Origin: Raja brachyura
Lineage: Eukaryota
NCBI GenBank assembly: GCA_963514005.1
Contig: OY740785.1
Coordinates: 67,828,001-67,892,000, forward strand
Reading direction: 5' to 3'
DNA: 64,000 bases
Position 1 is the stretch's first letter. Each line of letters starts with the position of its first letter. Positions 25,294 through 38,440 of this stretch are shown one piece after another. Made by a program: the position numbers and the translations under genes. The notes beneath the pieces are model-generated. The model was not told the origin of the DNA, searched no databases, and saw only the letters and a program-made list of their open reading frames with translations.

Positions 25294-25879
25294 GTAGGTT
25301 ATCATTATCTGGCTGGTCTATTCACTCCAAATGTTGGCAAAGGCACAGGCATTTAAAAATGAAATGTTTTAAATAAAAAATAAATTGTAAACATAAGTTT
25401 TAATCATGAGGCTTACTGCTTACTGACTATTTTTAAATATCAAACTTTAAGGTTGATAAAATGTTGCAAGTATGTAATTTGGCCTTCATCAATACTAAAT
25501 ATTATACTTGTTGCCTTTGGTATTTTCCCAGCTAAAATGTTTAATTGCCTGAGCCTTGCCCAAGGCCAGCACAATACTGTCTTTAAAGTGGTAACTTCAG
25601 AACCAACCCCTCCAATCCCACAAGTTTACTGTCTAGAACAGGACAGTAGATCCTCTCCAAGTCTCACACTTGGAAATACCTTTTTGCCCTTTTATTGTTG
25701 CCTGTCAAAATTCATCTTCATGACATGGATTGCAGCAGTTCAAGGCAACTGCTTCTTATTCTTCCTTGAGAACAATGTAACAGTCAGTATATACCACTCA
25801 GCCATCACATCCCACTCAGCCAGTGAGTTCTTATCACACTTGTTTATGTCCCTTCAACTCCTTAACCTTCATACTCTGT

Positions 25880-26064
25880 CCAATCAACCTAGAAATTGTG
25901 CCTTCCACCACAGTGAAGAATGCTGTGGTGGATGTTTGTGTTTAATTTTATTATGCATTGTGTGTTCTTTTTTGATTCTACCGCTGCTGGCAAATTCATT
26001 GCACTGCACTTTTTTATGTGTATGTGATGAATACAATTGATTGATTGATTGATTGATTGATTGA
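25880..26064 (+). mobile_element. LINE (Rex1-like) 3' end with (ATTG)n tail
   Basis: TG-rich 3' UTR-like sequence followed by a perfect (ATTG)n array. Confidence 0.55.
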
Positions 26065-27146
26065 GAAGTGAACTCCAAAAGCTCAACTTGCCAAGAAAGT
26101 TTTCAATGGTTTTCATTCAATTACCTCCATTATCTCGGCCCCTCTGCGACTTGTGTTTACCTGAATTTTATACACCAATTACATCTCTCCATTATGTTTT
26201 CTATTTTTAAAACAAAATGATCAAATTGTACAGGGTTTTCCCTATGTTATATTTATAACTACTTTACTATTTTATGTCCTTCTCTGAAACCATAATCTCA
26301 AGACTTTTCTTAACCTGTGAAGTCCATGTGCATATTAATGCTATATGCACTAATCTAATTGATTAACCACTGCCTCTTATATGTGGTAAGATGTGTTTTT
26401 TTTTTTTACCTCAACTGTATCCATCTAAGTTGCCCCTTTGGTCTTTTCTGAATTCAACTTTAAGATTACTCCTGTTCAGAATAATTACTGTAGTTACTTG
26501 TGTATTAAATTTTAGCAACTGATTTGGCTAAATGGTTCTAAATGACTACATCCAAAATATTTCCAAGTAATAATTTACCTCCTTGTTATCACTGTTATGA
26601 TTTACCCACCTTTCATCGAAGACCATGTTTCCAATTTGTCAAGTCTCTCTGAAAGTCTTAGCTGTTTTCTGCAGTTATATTTTGCAAATGCTCCTTAAAC
26701 AGTTTATTGTATAGGCAATACAACTGCATTCAATCAACAAGTCAATTTTCAGTCAAAAAATGTGCGTGTTAACCCACATATAAAGTGCCAAGATTACCTG
26801 ACACAAAGACCTTTGTCAAATGTTTTCTTGAAATCCAAGTAAACACATAATTTATTTTTCTATTAGATTGGTTCATAAGAGAACTTACATAATATTAATT
26901 TATTAAATAAATAGTCCTGCTTCCCAATAGCAGTATAGTGTCAATCATTTGTTATTACCGAACCATTCTTACACCATGATGTGAGGTTAATTGGCCATTA
27001 TTGAAAAGAATTGTACACTGCTTTTTGAATGCTGTAACTATTTTTCAAAAACTCTGGATAAATGTTAAAATATAAAACAGGTGCCATCCTTTTGGGTTTA
27101 CTAGTACGAGTTTCTAAATATTTCCCCTTCATATTCTCATGCACAG

Positions 27147-27287
27147 GTAATTGGAATGCACTATTTCTCACCTGTCGATAAGATGCAGTTACTGGAAATC
27201 ATCACCACCGATAAAACCTCAAAAGATACAACTGCAGCAGCTGTAACAGTTGGCCTTAAACAGGGAAAAGTAATCATTGTAGTTAAG
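27147..27287 (+). CDS. HADHA: HADHA exon 15 equivalent, dehydrogenase catalytic His/Glu
   Basis: 141 nt; [47 protein letters not shown]. Confidence 0.97.
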
Positions 27288-28009
27288 GTAATTCTTGTTT
27301 GGTTTGCATCTTAAGGTTTGGTATCATCAGCTGTTTCAAATCTTAAACTATGGGGTAAGCTTATGCTCTGATATGTGGTAAATGTTTCCTTCTATGAGAG
27401 TTTTTGATTTTTTTTTTTAAGGTTTTCAGTTTGTTGGAACACGTGACAATAATAAATCAATATAATGCCAATAAAAGGACGATAATTGTTATTTGGATTG
27501 CACCCCAAATTTTCTTTTCATAAAATAGGAAATAAAATACATCATTTTCAGGTGTGTCATTTATACTCGTTAATCATTGGAAAGTGAATTCCAACCAACA
27601 AAGTAGTTTTGAAATGTAAGAAATGTTGACCAATTTGTGTTCATTGCCAGAAGCAGCATTGCCGAAAAGAAGTGGTAATTTACATTTTGTTAAGTGAAGG
27701 CCAGATATTGATCATGACACCAGGGTGATCTATGCGAGGGATGTCACTCATCCACTTTGCAAGGGAAATACTCAAAAGATGACACACAGGTTACACTCTT
27801 TCAGTACTGCATTGGTATGTCAGCTTGAATTTATGCTCAGAGGTGGAACCTGAACCCAATAACTTTCTCATTCTGAGGCATGGTTAACACAAATAATTTC
27901 CTGGTTTAAAAAAAATTCAAATGTTGCAGCTTGTGTTTTGAAAACCAAACTTGTTGTAAATACCCAGTTGTTCAGACAGTATCGTTTTGGATTGTTGACC
28001 TTATGAATT

Positions 28010-28172
28010 TTAAATTGAATTGAATAAATTTGATTAGCCAAGTATGTATACATACAAGGAATTTGCCTTTGTGCTTTGCTTGCAAGTAACATTACGATAT
28101 ACAGTAGACAATAAAAAATAAAACATTATTATTTAAACATGTGAAGAATGAAATAAAATAACAGAGCAAATG
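28010..28172 (-). mobile_element. Rex1-like 3' UTR fragment
   Basis: Reverse complement resembles 53960-54143 (AAGGCAAATTCCTTGTATGT..TACTTGGCYAAT) with a (TTCAA)n tail. Confidence 0.65.
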
Positions 28173-29374
28173 TTAAATAGTTATGTTCTGTTTCTAATTT
28201 ACCAGCCATTCCAGTCACAAATGCAAATGAGAGAGTACCAAGTGAAGCAGTGTTAGTGGGGTTGCAGGGGTGTGCAACAAGAAGTCAAATTTGGCAGATC
28301 ATGTAGAACATTATATTCCTTATACTGTTTGGCTCCTATGGTGCATGTGAGTTTAACTTATCCCTAAAATTGTATCATTTATCATTACTATTCAAATTCA
28401 TTCTAAATTATCTACATGCCAGGGAAAAAAAGACATAAAATGGCATAATCTCAATGTCCATAGTTGCGATCCTTGCTGCAGGTTGAAATAACTTGGGGTG
28501 ATTTTGAATCCGTAAAATTAATGCCAGTTTTCCACATCAATATTTTCTTTGGGCAAGATATTGCACTGTTATATTTCTATTGGTCATTTTGTAAACTGGT
28601 TGGATCATAATTTTTAAGGACATGATATTTATAGTAATTTAATGTAAATGTGCTTCAATTGCCGTGTGGAGGAATATTTTTTCAACTTGTTGTAGCAATG
28701 AATAGTTTCAAGATTGATTCTTAACTCCTGATAGGAAGAATAATTTATCGTTTAACCCATTTTACAGTGAGGTTTCGACTATTAATATATTAGGTTTGTG
28801 TCAAGTAGTTCCTGTCAACAAATTATTAATTGACAACTTTATTAAGAGAACCGAGTCAGAGAGATTTGGAATATAAGATAAATGGCCAATTCTTTCAGAA
28901 TGTCAGTAGAAGTGTGCTAAAGTGAACATAGTGTGCATTTCAAACTGATTCCTTTCACTTTGTGGAAAATAGTTTGGACTGAATAGACATGATTGGGTCA
29001 TAAATGGTGCACATGTAAATCTAGCAAAAACCACCATTAGCTGTTGACACTTTTTATTTGTTTATCGGTTTGCATGTCTGAAGCTACTTGTTGATAATGG
29101 TCCTGCTGCTTTTTGGACCTGATTGTCATGTGACACTCGGAGGATTTCTCCCATGCCAGATGTGATTAACAATATGATGAAACTATCAATGTAACAAAGA
29201 AGAAAGAAATGTAAATTACCATGGCTCAAGTCAAAATACAATGAATTAGTTCTAGAAGAATTGGCAAGTGTGACATTTTAAGTGTTTCTTTTTCCTCAAA
29301 CCACTAAAGAAGGACATGCTGAATTGATTGATTATTCATGAAATCATAGTCTGTGCATGTTGCAATGGTCAAAG

Positions 29375-32015
29375 TGGCAGGTTTGCTGGTGAGTTTAAAC
29401 TAAATAGTGGGGTGGAGGGATTGACAAATCGGGAGTATAAAGATGGAGTTGAAGGGGAAATGAGTACAGGAAAAATTACGAAAGACTCCCGAATTAATGG
29501 GAAGGAAAGTACGACAAGGGATAAGAGACTAAGGTCTGGGCCAATTACGAGCGGTACGAGAGGGGAGGTGGAAGTGTTATATATGAATACGTGAAGTATA
29601 AGAAATAAAGTGGACGAGCTTGAAGCTCAGTTAGAAATTGGCAAGTATGATGTTGTGGGAATTACAGAGACATGGTTGGAAGAGGGCCAGGGCTGGGAAC
29701 TGAATATTCAAGCACAGAGGGGCGGGCAGAGGGGGTGGGGTAACTCTGTTGGTGAGGAATGAAATTCAGTCCCTTGCAAGGGGTGACATTGAAACAAGGG
29801 ATGGATAGAAATAATTTAATCCACAATTGGAGAGGGAGTAGGGTAAATCGGAGATGTCGGTGTTACAGTTGAATAAAGGGGGCTATGGAGTCATGAGGGA
29901 GGAGCTGGCCAAAGTTGACTGGAAAGATACCCCAGCAGGGATTACAGTGGAACAACAATGGCAGGTATTTCTGGGAATAATGCAGAAGGTGCAGGATCAT
30001 TTCATTCCAACGAGGAAGAAATATTCCAAGGGAAGCAAGGGGCGACCGTGGCTGACAAGGGAAGTCAGGGACAGTATAAAAATAAAAGAGAAGTACTACG
30101 TAGCAAAGATGAACGGGAAGCAAGAGGATTTGGTAATGTGTAATGAGCAACAGAAGATAACTAAAAAGGCAATACGGAGAGAAAAGATGAGGTACAAAGG
30201 TAAGCTAGCCAAGAATATAAAGGAGGTTAGTAAAAGCTTCTTTAGGTATGTGAAGAGGAAAAAAATAGTTAAGACCAAAGTTGGACCCTTGAAGACTGAA
30301 AAAGGTGAATTTATTATGGGGAACAAGGAAATGGCAGAGGAGTTGAACAGATACTTTGGATCCATCTTCACTAAGGAGGACGCAAACAATCTTCCTGATG
30401 TACTAGTGGCCAGAGGATCTGGGATGCGGAGGAACTGAAGGAAATCTACTTTAGGTAGGAAATCGTGTTGGGTAGACTGATGGGACTGAAGGCTGATAAT
30501 TTCTCAGGGCCTGATGGTCTGCATCCCATGGTACTTAATGAAGTGGCTCTAGAAATCGTGGACGCATTGGTGATATTTTTCCAATTTTCTATAGATTCAG
30601 GATCAGTTCCTGTGGATTGGAGGGTAGCTAATGTTATCCCACTTTTTAAGAAAGGCGGGAGGGAGAAAACAGGGAATTATAGACCAGTTAGTCTTACATC
30701 AGTTGTGGAGAAGATGCTGGAGTCAATTATAAAAAATGAAATGGCGGAACATTTGGATAGCAGTAACTGGATCGGTCCGAGTCAGCATGGATTTACGAAG
30801 GGGAAATCATGCTTGACTAATCTTCTGGAATTTTTTGAGGATATAACTAGGAAAATGGACAAGGGAGAGCCAGTGGATGTTGTGTACCTAGATTTTCAGA
30901 AAACATTTGATAGGGTCCCACATAGGAGATTAGTGGGCAAAATGAGGGCACATGGTATTGGGGGTAAAGTGTTGACATGGATAGAGAAGGCAGGACAGGA
31001 ATCAAAGAGTAGGGATTAACGGGTCCCTTTTAGAATAGCAGGCAGTGATTAGTGGGATAGTGCAAGGCTTGGTGCTGGGACCACAGCTATTTACAATATA
31101 CGTCAATGATTTAGATGAAGGGATTCAAAGTAACGTTAGCAAATTTGCAGATGACACAAAGCTGGGTGGCAGTGTGAACTGTGAGGAGGATGCAATGAGA
31201 ATGCAGGGTGATTTGGACAGGTTGGCTACGTGGGCAGATGCAGTTTAATGTGGATAAATGTGAGGTTATCCTCTTTGGTTGCAAAAACAGGAAGGCAGGT
31301 TATTATCTAAATGGTGTCAAGTGGGGAAAAGAGGAAGTACAATGGGATCTGGGGGTCCTTGTTCATCAGGCAATGAAAGTAGACATGCATGTACTGCAGA
31401 CAGTGAAAAAAGGTAATGACATGGTGACATTCATAACAAGAGTTGAGTACAGGAGCAAAGAGGTCCTGGAGTATTGTGTGCAGTTTTGGTCCCCTAATTT
31501 GAGGAAGGACGTTATTGCTATTGAGGGAGTGCAGCGTAGGTTTACAAGGTTAATCCCCAGGATGGCGGGACTGTCATATGCTGAGAAAGTAGAGCGTACA
31601 CTCTTGTACACTCTGGAGTTTAGAAGGATGAGAGGGAATCCTAGTGAAGCATATAAGATCATTAAGGGTTTGGACACGCTAGAGGCAGGAAACATGTTTC
31701 CGATGTTGAGTGAGTCCAGAACCAGGGGCCACTGTTTAAGAATAAGGGGTAGGGCATTTAGAACTGAGACAAGGAAACACTTTTTGACGTACAGAGTTGT
31801 GAGTCTGGAATTCTCTGCCTTGGAGAGCGGTGGAGGCCGGTTCTCTGGACACTTTCAAGAGAGAGCTAGATAGGACTCTTAAAGATAGCGGTGTCAGGGG
31901 ATATGGGGAGAAGGCAGGAACGAGGTACTGATTGTGGATGATCAGCCATTATCACAAGGAATGGCGGTGCTGGCTCGAAGGGCCAAATGGCCTGCTCCTG
32001 CACCTATTGTCTATA
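29375..32015 (+). mobile_element. CR1/HER1-type LINE with AP-endonuclease and RT remnants
   Basis: YMNT*SIRNK..DVVGITETWL endonuclease start; internal deletion near 29810; [23 protein letters not shown]; stops and frameshifts. Confidence 0.92.
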
Positions 32016-32344
32016 AGTGAAACAATCGATTACCTTTTACAAGATATCACCTAGCTCCATTTTGTAATGCATAGTTTAGATTTGTAAGATTGAAGAAAAT
32101 CAAAATTAATGATCAATTCTGTTAATTTGAACAATTGTTTTGTTCATGTGCTAACCCGGACATGGGAGCTTTTCTTCTTTTTTATAAAACAGTTGGATGT
32201 TTAAAAATTAATGTGGTAAGTTTGTTTTTGTTTTGAAAGAGGTTGATTATTGAAGAATATACTTCAAGTGTACCATTTTGTTGGAAGGGGTAGTTTTTAT
32301 AAAAAAATTCTTCTATAATTGAAAATTCACTTTATTTTCTTTAG

Positions 32345-32413
32345 GATGGCCCTGGATTTTATACAACAAGGTGTCTTGCACCTACATTGGCAGAAGCACT
32401 CAGAGTCTTGCAG
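32345..32413 (+). CDS. HADHA: HADHA exon 16 equivalent
   Basis: 69 nt; [23 protein letters not shown]. Confidence 0.95.
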
Positions 32414-32795
32414 GTTTGTTTAGATTGTGCTGGCTTCATTTAAAATTGGTGCTCTCCATAAGAGATTTCTTCATAATTTTATATTAGTGTGTTGTTAAGT
32501 TTATGACTGTACAAAAATTATGGAGAAGACTTTTAATTAATTATTGATAATGAATGGAACTTTGTTTTAAACGTGAAATGATTTTGTTTTAACTTTCAAA
32601 CTATGCATTGCCTAAGAAACCCAGTACAGTTCGATTGTGGAGCAGTTAGATGAATTCATCACCATAGAGGTTCTTTTAGATATAATTTACAAAGTAATGA
32701 TTGTGCCAGTTGATATTTAAGACCGACTGGAAATTGATTTAAGACCGATGCAAAAATGGTTCAGTTAAGATTTTATTCTTATTGGGTCCCCTTAA

Positions 32796-33291
32796 GGGTG
32801 GTATGGTGGCGCAGCGGTAGAGTTGATGCCTTACAGCACCAGAGACCTGGGTTCGATCCTGACTAGTGGGGCTGTCTTTACAAGTTTGCACATTCACCCC
32901 CGAATGCATGCGTTCTCCGATTTCCTATCACATTCCAAAGACGTACAGGTTTATGGGTAAAGTGCCTGCCCCACTTGCCGCTTTTTTTTTTTTCGGCGAC
33001 TGCCGGCTTTATATCTGTGTCGCCAAAATATTTTGAACATCCCTTGTTTAGACACTTGAAAAAACACCACGCGTCAATACATCATCACGTCACGCCACAA
33101 ATTTTTTGGTGACCTGGTACGTCAGTCAATGATGCCGGCAGTCGTCGAAAAAAATCGCCAAGTGGGACAGGCCCTTTAATTGTTTTGGTAAAAATTGTCT
33201 TTAGTCTACAGGATAGTGCGGGGATCAGTGGTCGTTGCGGACTTGGTGGGCCGAAGGACCTGTTTCTGCGCTGTATCTCTAAATTAAACTA
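32796..33291 (+). mobile_element. tRNA-derived SINE (HE1/V-SINE-like) interrupted by a MITE
   Basis: A box TGGCGCAGCGG, B box GGTTCGATCC, CR1-like tail CTGTATCTCTAAATTAAAC. Confidence 0.85.
32961..33175. mobile_element. MITE-like DNA transposon with TTAA-like target duplication
   Basis: TIRs AGTGCCTGCCCCACTTG / CAAGTGGGACAGGCCCT; flanks GTAA and TTAA; splits the SINE. Confidence 0.75.
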
Positions 33292-33407
33292 TTTGTCAGA
33301 ACAGATTAGTGTCTATTACATAAACTTCACTGATTTTGCTCATGAGCAAAGTCTAGTAGCCAGTCTGCATTCTATGGTTAATAATCAACAGCATCCAAAG
33401 CAGACCA

Positions 33408-33747
33408 AAGGCAGTATAGTGTTATGGCTAGTGGAACTACTATCTTGTATGTTCTAGTGATCTGAGTTTAAACCTGACCTCCAGTGCCATCTGTGAGGAA
33501 TTTACACACTTTTCCTCCAACTCCACGGATTTCTACCAGATTACTCCCACATCCCAAAGATACAAAAGTTATTTGGTCACTGTTAATTTTGGCTAGTATG
33601 TAGGTGAATGATAGAATCTTATGAAAGTTGATGGGAATGTGGGGAGAAAATAATTGAATTAGTATTGGGTTAATGTAAAATGAGTACTTTATGGTCAGCA
33701 GGGACAGTCGGTGAAGGGCCTTTTTTCATGCTGTATGACTGTCTATG
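33408..33747 (+). mobile_element. Older, diverged tRNA-derived SINE
   Basis: Degenerate parallel of the 32796 SINE, ending GAAGGGCCTTTTTTCATGCTGTATGAC. Confidence 0.6.
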
Positions 33748-33824
33748 TGTGTCCATGTGTGGAGTGGTAATATTGGCACATTATTCAAGGGTCATTGGCA
33801 CGTTGGCCTATACTCTCTAGCATG

Positions 33825-36800
33825 ATTGTTCATATATCATGAAAGGAATAGATCGGGTAGATGTAGAAAGTCTCTTTCCCATAGGGGAATCGAGAACCAG
33901 GGGTCATAGGCCATAACAAGATTCTAAGTGGAGTAGGAGGCAACTGTAGCTGTCAAGAAACATAGAAAATAGGTGCAGGAGGAGGCCATTCTGCCCTTCG
34001 TCCCAGCACTGCCATTCATTGTGATCATGGCTGATCACCCCCTATCAATAACCCATGCTTAGAAGAGAAGTTAGGGATAGAATAAAACTAAAAGAAAAGA
34101 TGTATAACACAGCATGAAGTAGCCGGATGCCAGAGGATTGGGAAACTTTCATAGGGCAACAGAAGGAAACAAAACTGGCAATACGGGCTGAAAAGTTAAT
34201 TACGCGGGGAAGCTGGCCAGGAATAAAAAAGGACAGTAAAAGCTTCTTTAGATATGTTAAGGAAAAAGAATAGCAAAGTCAAATGTGGGTCCCTTGAAGG
34301 CAGACATGGGTGAAATTATTATGGGGATCAAGGAAATGGCAGATGAGTTGAACAGGTACTTCGGATCTGTCTTCACTAAGGAGGACACAAACAATCTCCC
34401 AGAAGTGCTGGAGAACACAGGATAAAAGGGGTAGAGGAACTGAAACAAATTTTCATTAGACGAGAAATAGTATTGGGTAGGCTAATGGGACTGAAGGATG
34501 ATAAATCCCCTGGGCCTGATGGTCTGCATCCCAGGGTCCTCAGGGAGGTGGCTCTAGAAATAGTGGACGCATTGGCGATCATTTTCCAATGTTCAATAGA
34601 TTCAGGTTCAGTTCCTGTGGATTGGAGGATAGCTAATGTTATCCCACTTTTCAAGAAAGGAGCGAGAGAGAAAATGGGGAAATACAGACCACTTAGCCTG
34701 ACTTCGGTGGTGGGAAAGATGCTGAAATCAATTATTAAAGAGGTAATAATGGGGCATTTGGATAGCAGTAAACGGATTGGTCTAAGTCCGCATGGATTTA
34801 TGAAAGGAAAATCATGCTTGACTAATCTTCTGGAATATTTTGAGGATGTGACAAGTGAAATGTATGAAGGAAAGCCAGTGGATGTAATGTATCTAGACTT
34901 TCAGAAAGTCTTTGATAAGGTCCCGCATAGGGGACTGGTGACTAAAATTAGAGCACATGGTATTGGGGGTAGGGTGTTGGCGTGGATAGAAAATTGGTTG
35001 GCAGACAGGAAGCAAAGAGTAGGAGTGAACGGGTCCTTTTCGGAATGGCAGACCGTGGCGAGTGGAGTGCCGCAAGGCTCGGTGTTGGGGCCGCAACTGT
35101 TTACCATATATATTAATGATTTGGAAGAGGGAATTAGGAGCAACACTAACAAGTTTGCAGACGACACAAAGCTGGGTGGCAGTGTGAACTGTGAATCATA
35201 GAATCATAGAAAATAGGTGCAGGAGTAGGCCATTCGGCCCTTTGAGCCTGCATTGCCATTCAATATCATGGCTGATCATGGAACTCAGTATCCTGTACCT
35301 GCCTTCTCTCCATACCCCCTGATCCCTTTAGCCACAAGGGCCACATCTAGCTCCCTCATAAATATAGCCAATGGACTGGCCTCAACTACCTTCTGTGGCA
35401 TAGAATTCCACAGACTCACCACTCTCTGTGTGAAAAAAGATCTTCTCATCTCGGTCCTAAAAGACTTCCCCCTTATCCTTAAACTGTGACCCCTTGTTCT
35501 GGACTTCCCCAACATCGGGAACAATCTTCCTGCATCTAGCCTGTCCAACCCCTTAAGAATTTTTTAAGCCTCTATAAGATCCCCCCTCAATCTCCTAAAT
35601 TCCAGCGAGTACAAGCTGAGTCTATCCAGTCTTTCTTCATATGGAAGTCCTGCCATCCCAGGAATCAGTCTGGTGAACCTTCTCTGTACTCCCTCTATGG
35701 CAAGAATGTCTTTCCTCAGATTCCTCATGAAGAGGATGTTAGGAGGTTACAGGGTGACCTAGACAGGTTGAGTGAGTAGGCTGATTCGTGGCAGATGCAG
35801 TATAATATAGATAAATGTGAGGTTATCCACTTTGGCGGCAAAAACAAGGGGGCAGATTATTATCTCAATGGGGTTAGGTATGGGGGAGGTACAGCGAGAC
35901 CTGGGTGTCCTTGTACACCAGTCACTGAAAGCGGGTGTGCAGGTACAGCAGGCAGTGAAGAAAGCTAATGGAAGAATAATGCTTAGCCTAATAAGGATTG
36001 GCCTTCATAACAAGAGGATTTCAGTATAGGAGTAAAGAGGTTCTTCTGCAGTTGTATAGGGCTCTGGTAAGACCACATCTGGAGTATTGTGTACAGTTTT
36101 GGTCTCCTAATTTGAGGAAGGACATCCTTGTGATTGAGGCAGTGCAGCGTAGGTTCACGAGATTGATCCCTGAGATGGCGGGACTGTTATATGAGGAAAG
36201 ATTGAAAAGACTAGGCTTGTATTCACTGGAGTTTAGAAGGATGAGGTGATCTTATAGAAACATATAAAATTATAAAAGGACTGGACAAGCTAGATGCAGG
36301 AAAAATGTTCTCACTGTTGGGCGAGTCCAGAACCAGGGGCCATAATCTTACAATAAAGGGGAGGCCATTTAAGACTGAGGTGAGAAAAAACGTTTTCACC
36401 TAGAGAGTTGTGAATTTCTGGAATTCCCTGCCACAGAGGGCAGTGGAGGCCAAATCAATGGATGGATTTAAGAGAGAGTTAGATACTGCTCTCGGGGCTA
36501 GTAGAATCGAGGGATATGGGGAGACGGCAGGCACGGGTTATTGATTGGGGACGATCAGCCATGATCACAATGAATGGCAGTGCTGGCTCGAAGGGCTGAA
36601 TGGCCGCCTCCTGCACCTATTTTCTATGTTCCTATATTTAAGGAGAGGGCGGAAAGATTAAATAGGAATTTGGGGGATTAAAAAAAGGGTGATGGGTGTA
36701 TGGAACAAACTGCCAGAGGAAGTAGTTGAGGGAGGTACTATCGCAGCATGTAAGAAACATTTACACAGACACATGGATATGACAGGTAGGTGACGCATGT

Positions 36801-36858
36801 TGGTCGATGTGGGCATGTTGAGCAGAAGGTGCTATTTCCAGGCTCTATGACTCCATGT
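33825..36858 (+). mobile_element. Nested CR1 complex: old CR1 3' end split by a younger CR1 (34060-36635), itself split by an antisense CR1 tail (35196-35727)
   Basis: Host halves GAGAACCAGGGGTCATAGG (33910) and TTTAAGGAGAGGG (36637) join; 242-aa RT ORF 34473-35201; inner insert has a TGAA duplication and (TTCTATGA)n tail. Confidence 0.85.
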
Positions 36859-37493
36859 CACTATATCAAAGTTAATTCAGGTAGTTTTATTACTTTTATA
36901 ACGTAACATAAACAATTGAAAATATATGCAAGGTCTCACTATATACCCTGCTGTAACAGAGTTCCTTGCTTTAAGTGATTACATGCATCTATTCTTAAAT
37001 TAAAATATCTTTCTATTTACCTTTTTTTTTAATTTATCCAAAGCCATAATTAATATGACCAAACATTAAATGTTCAGACAAATTAAATCCTGTGACTTTT
37101 GTTCTGTACTGGGTGTTTCCACTTAGGGATTGTATCAAAAAATAGGATATGTACTCGATTACATGTGACTAAATATAATAAACTGTAGTAGCTAATGTCA
37201 TAAACAATATAATCTTATTTTAATATTGATAGTAACATATTTGTTCCAGCAAATAATGGAAAATTATCACATTTAAATTGACAAAAATTGGGGAATTTTG
37301 ATGATACATTTTTCTTGAAGACGGTTTATGTTATTTCTCTATATTAGTTCAACTGAAACTGTGTGGAATTGAATTGATGAGCCTAGTATTTCCATCTGGT
37401 AAAATGTTATGCAATGCAGCAAATATATTGTATGCATTAATCGTGACATTCTCTTGAATGTGCACCTGATATGCTAACTATGTACATTTCTAG

Positions 37494-37689
37494 GAAACTG
37501 GTGATCCAAAGAAACTGGATAAGCTCACAACTGGCTTCGGGTTTCCTGTAGGCACTGCCACACTGATTGATGAGGTTGGTGTGGATGTAGCAGCGCATGT
37601 TGCAGAGGATTTGGGGAGCATCTTTGGCTCTCGAATGGCAGGTGGAAATATTGAAATACTAAAAACTATGGTCGAGAAGGGATTTTTAG
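37494..37689 (+). CDS. HADHA: HADHA exon 17 equivalent
   Basis: 196 nt; [65 protein letters not shown]. Confidence 0.96.
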
Positions 37690-37711
37690 GTAAGTGAAAT
37701 CAGCTATAATA

Positions 37712-38440
37712 CAGTGCCCTCCATAATTTGTTGGATCTTTATTCCACAGTCTGGAACAAAGACCCATCATTTATTTATTTGCCTCTGTACTCCACAATTT
37801 GAGATTTCTAATAGAAAGAAATCTAATTTGGTTAAAGTGCTCGGTCAGATGTGCCAAAAGGCCATTTTTATACATTTTGATTTCACCATGTGGAAATTTC
37901 AGCAGTGTTTATACATAGTCCCCCCCCCATTTCAAGGCACCATCTTTGGGACACAGCAATGTAATGTAAATGAATGGAGTCACGTTTAGTATTTTGTTGC
38001 ATATCCTTTGCATGTAATGACTGATTGAAGTCTGGATTCATGGACATCACCAGTTGCTGGGTGTCTTCTCTGGTGATGCTCTGCCAGGCCGGTATTGCAG
38101 TCATCTTTAGCTTATGCTTGTTTTGGCCACTCAAAAATTGACAATTTTTAGCTTTGGAAAAACACCTTTGGTGCTTTAACAATGTATTTGGGATCATTGT
38201 CTTGCTGTAGAATGAACCACCGGCCAGTGAGTTTTGAGGCATTTGTTTGAATTTGAGCAGATAGGATGTGTCTATACACTTAAGTATTCATTATGCTACT
38301 ACAATCAGCAGTTGTATCATCAATGAAGTTAAGTGAGCCAGTACCTTCAGCAGGCATACATGCCCAGGCCATGACACCCCCACCACCGTGTTTCACAGAT
38401 GAGGTGGTATGCTTTGGATAATGGGCAATTCCTTCTCTCC
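37712..38440 (-). mobile_element. Tc1/mariner transposon, one end plus transposase remnants
   Basis: TA-CAGTGCCCTCCATAAT TIR; - strand remnants SVKHGGGGVMAWACM and FILQQDNDPK. Confidence 0.85.

Noticed and set aside
25453-26040. 195-aa + strand ORF in intron 14
   Set aside because: No recognisable homology; runs through a LINE 3' UTR and microsatellite tail.
27141-27152. CAG|GTAATT at the exon 15 start as a recursive splice site
   Set aside because: GTA ATT simply encodes the conserved Val-Ile, and the intron is short (1.9 kb).
32796-32875. tRNA-like A and B boxes
   Set aside because: Head of a SINE that continues into a CR1-derived tail; no complete cloverleaf.
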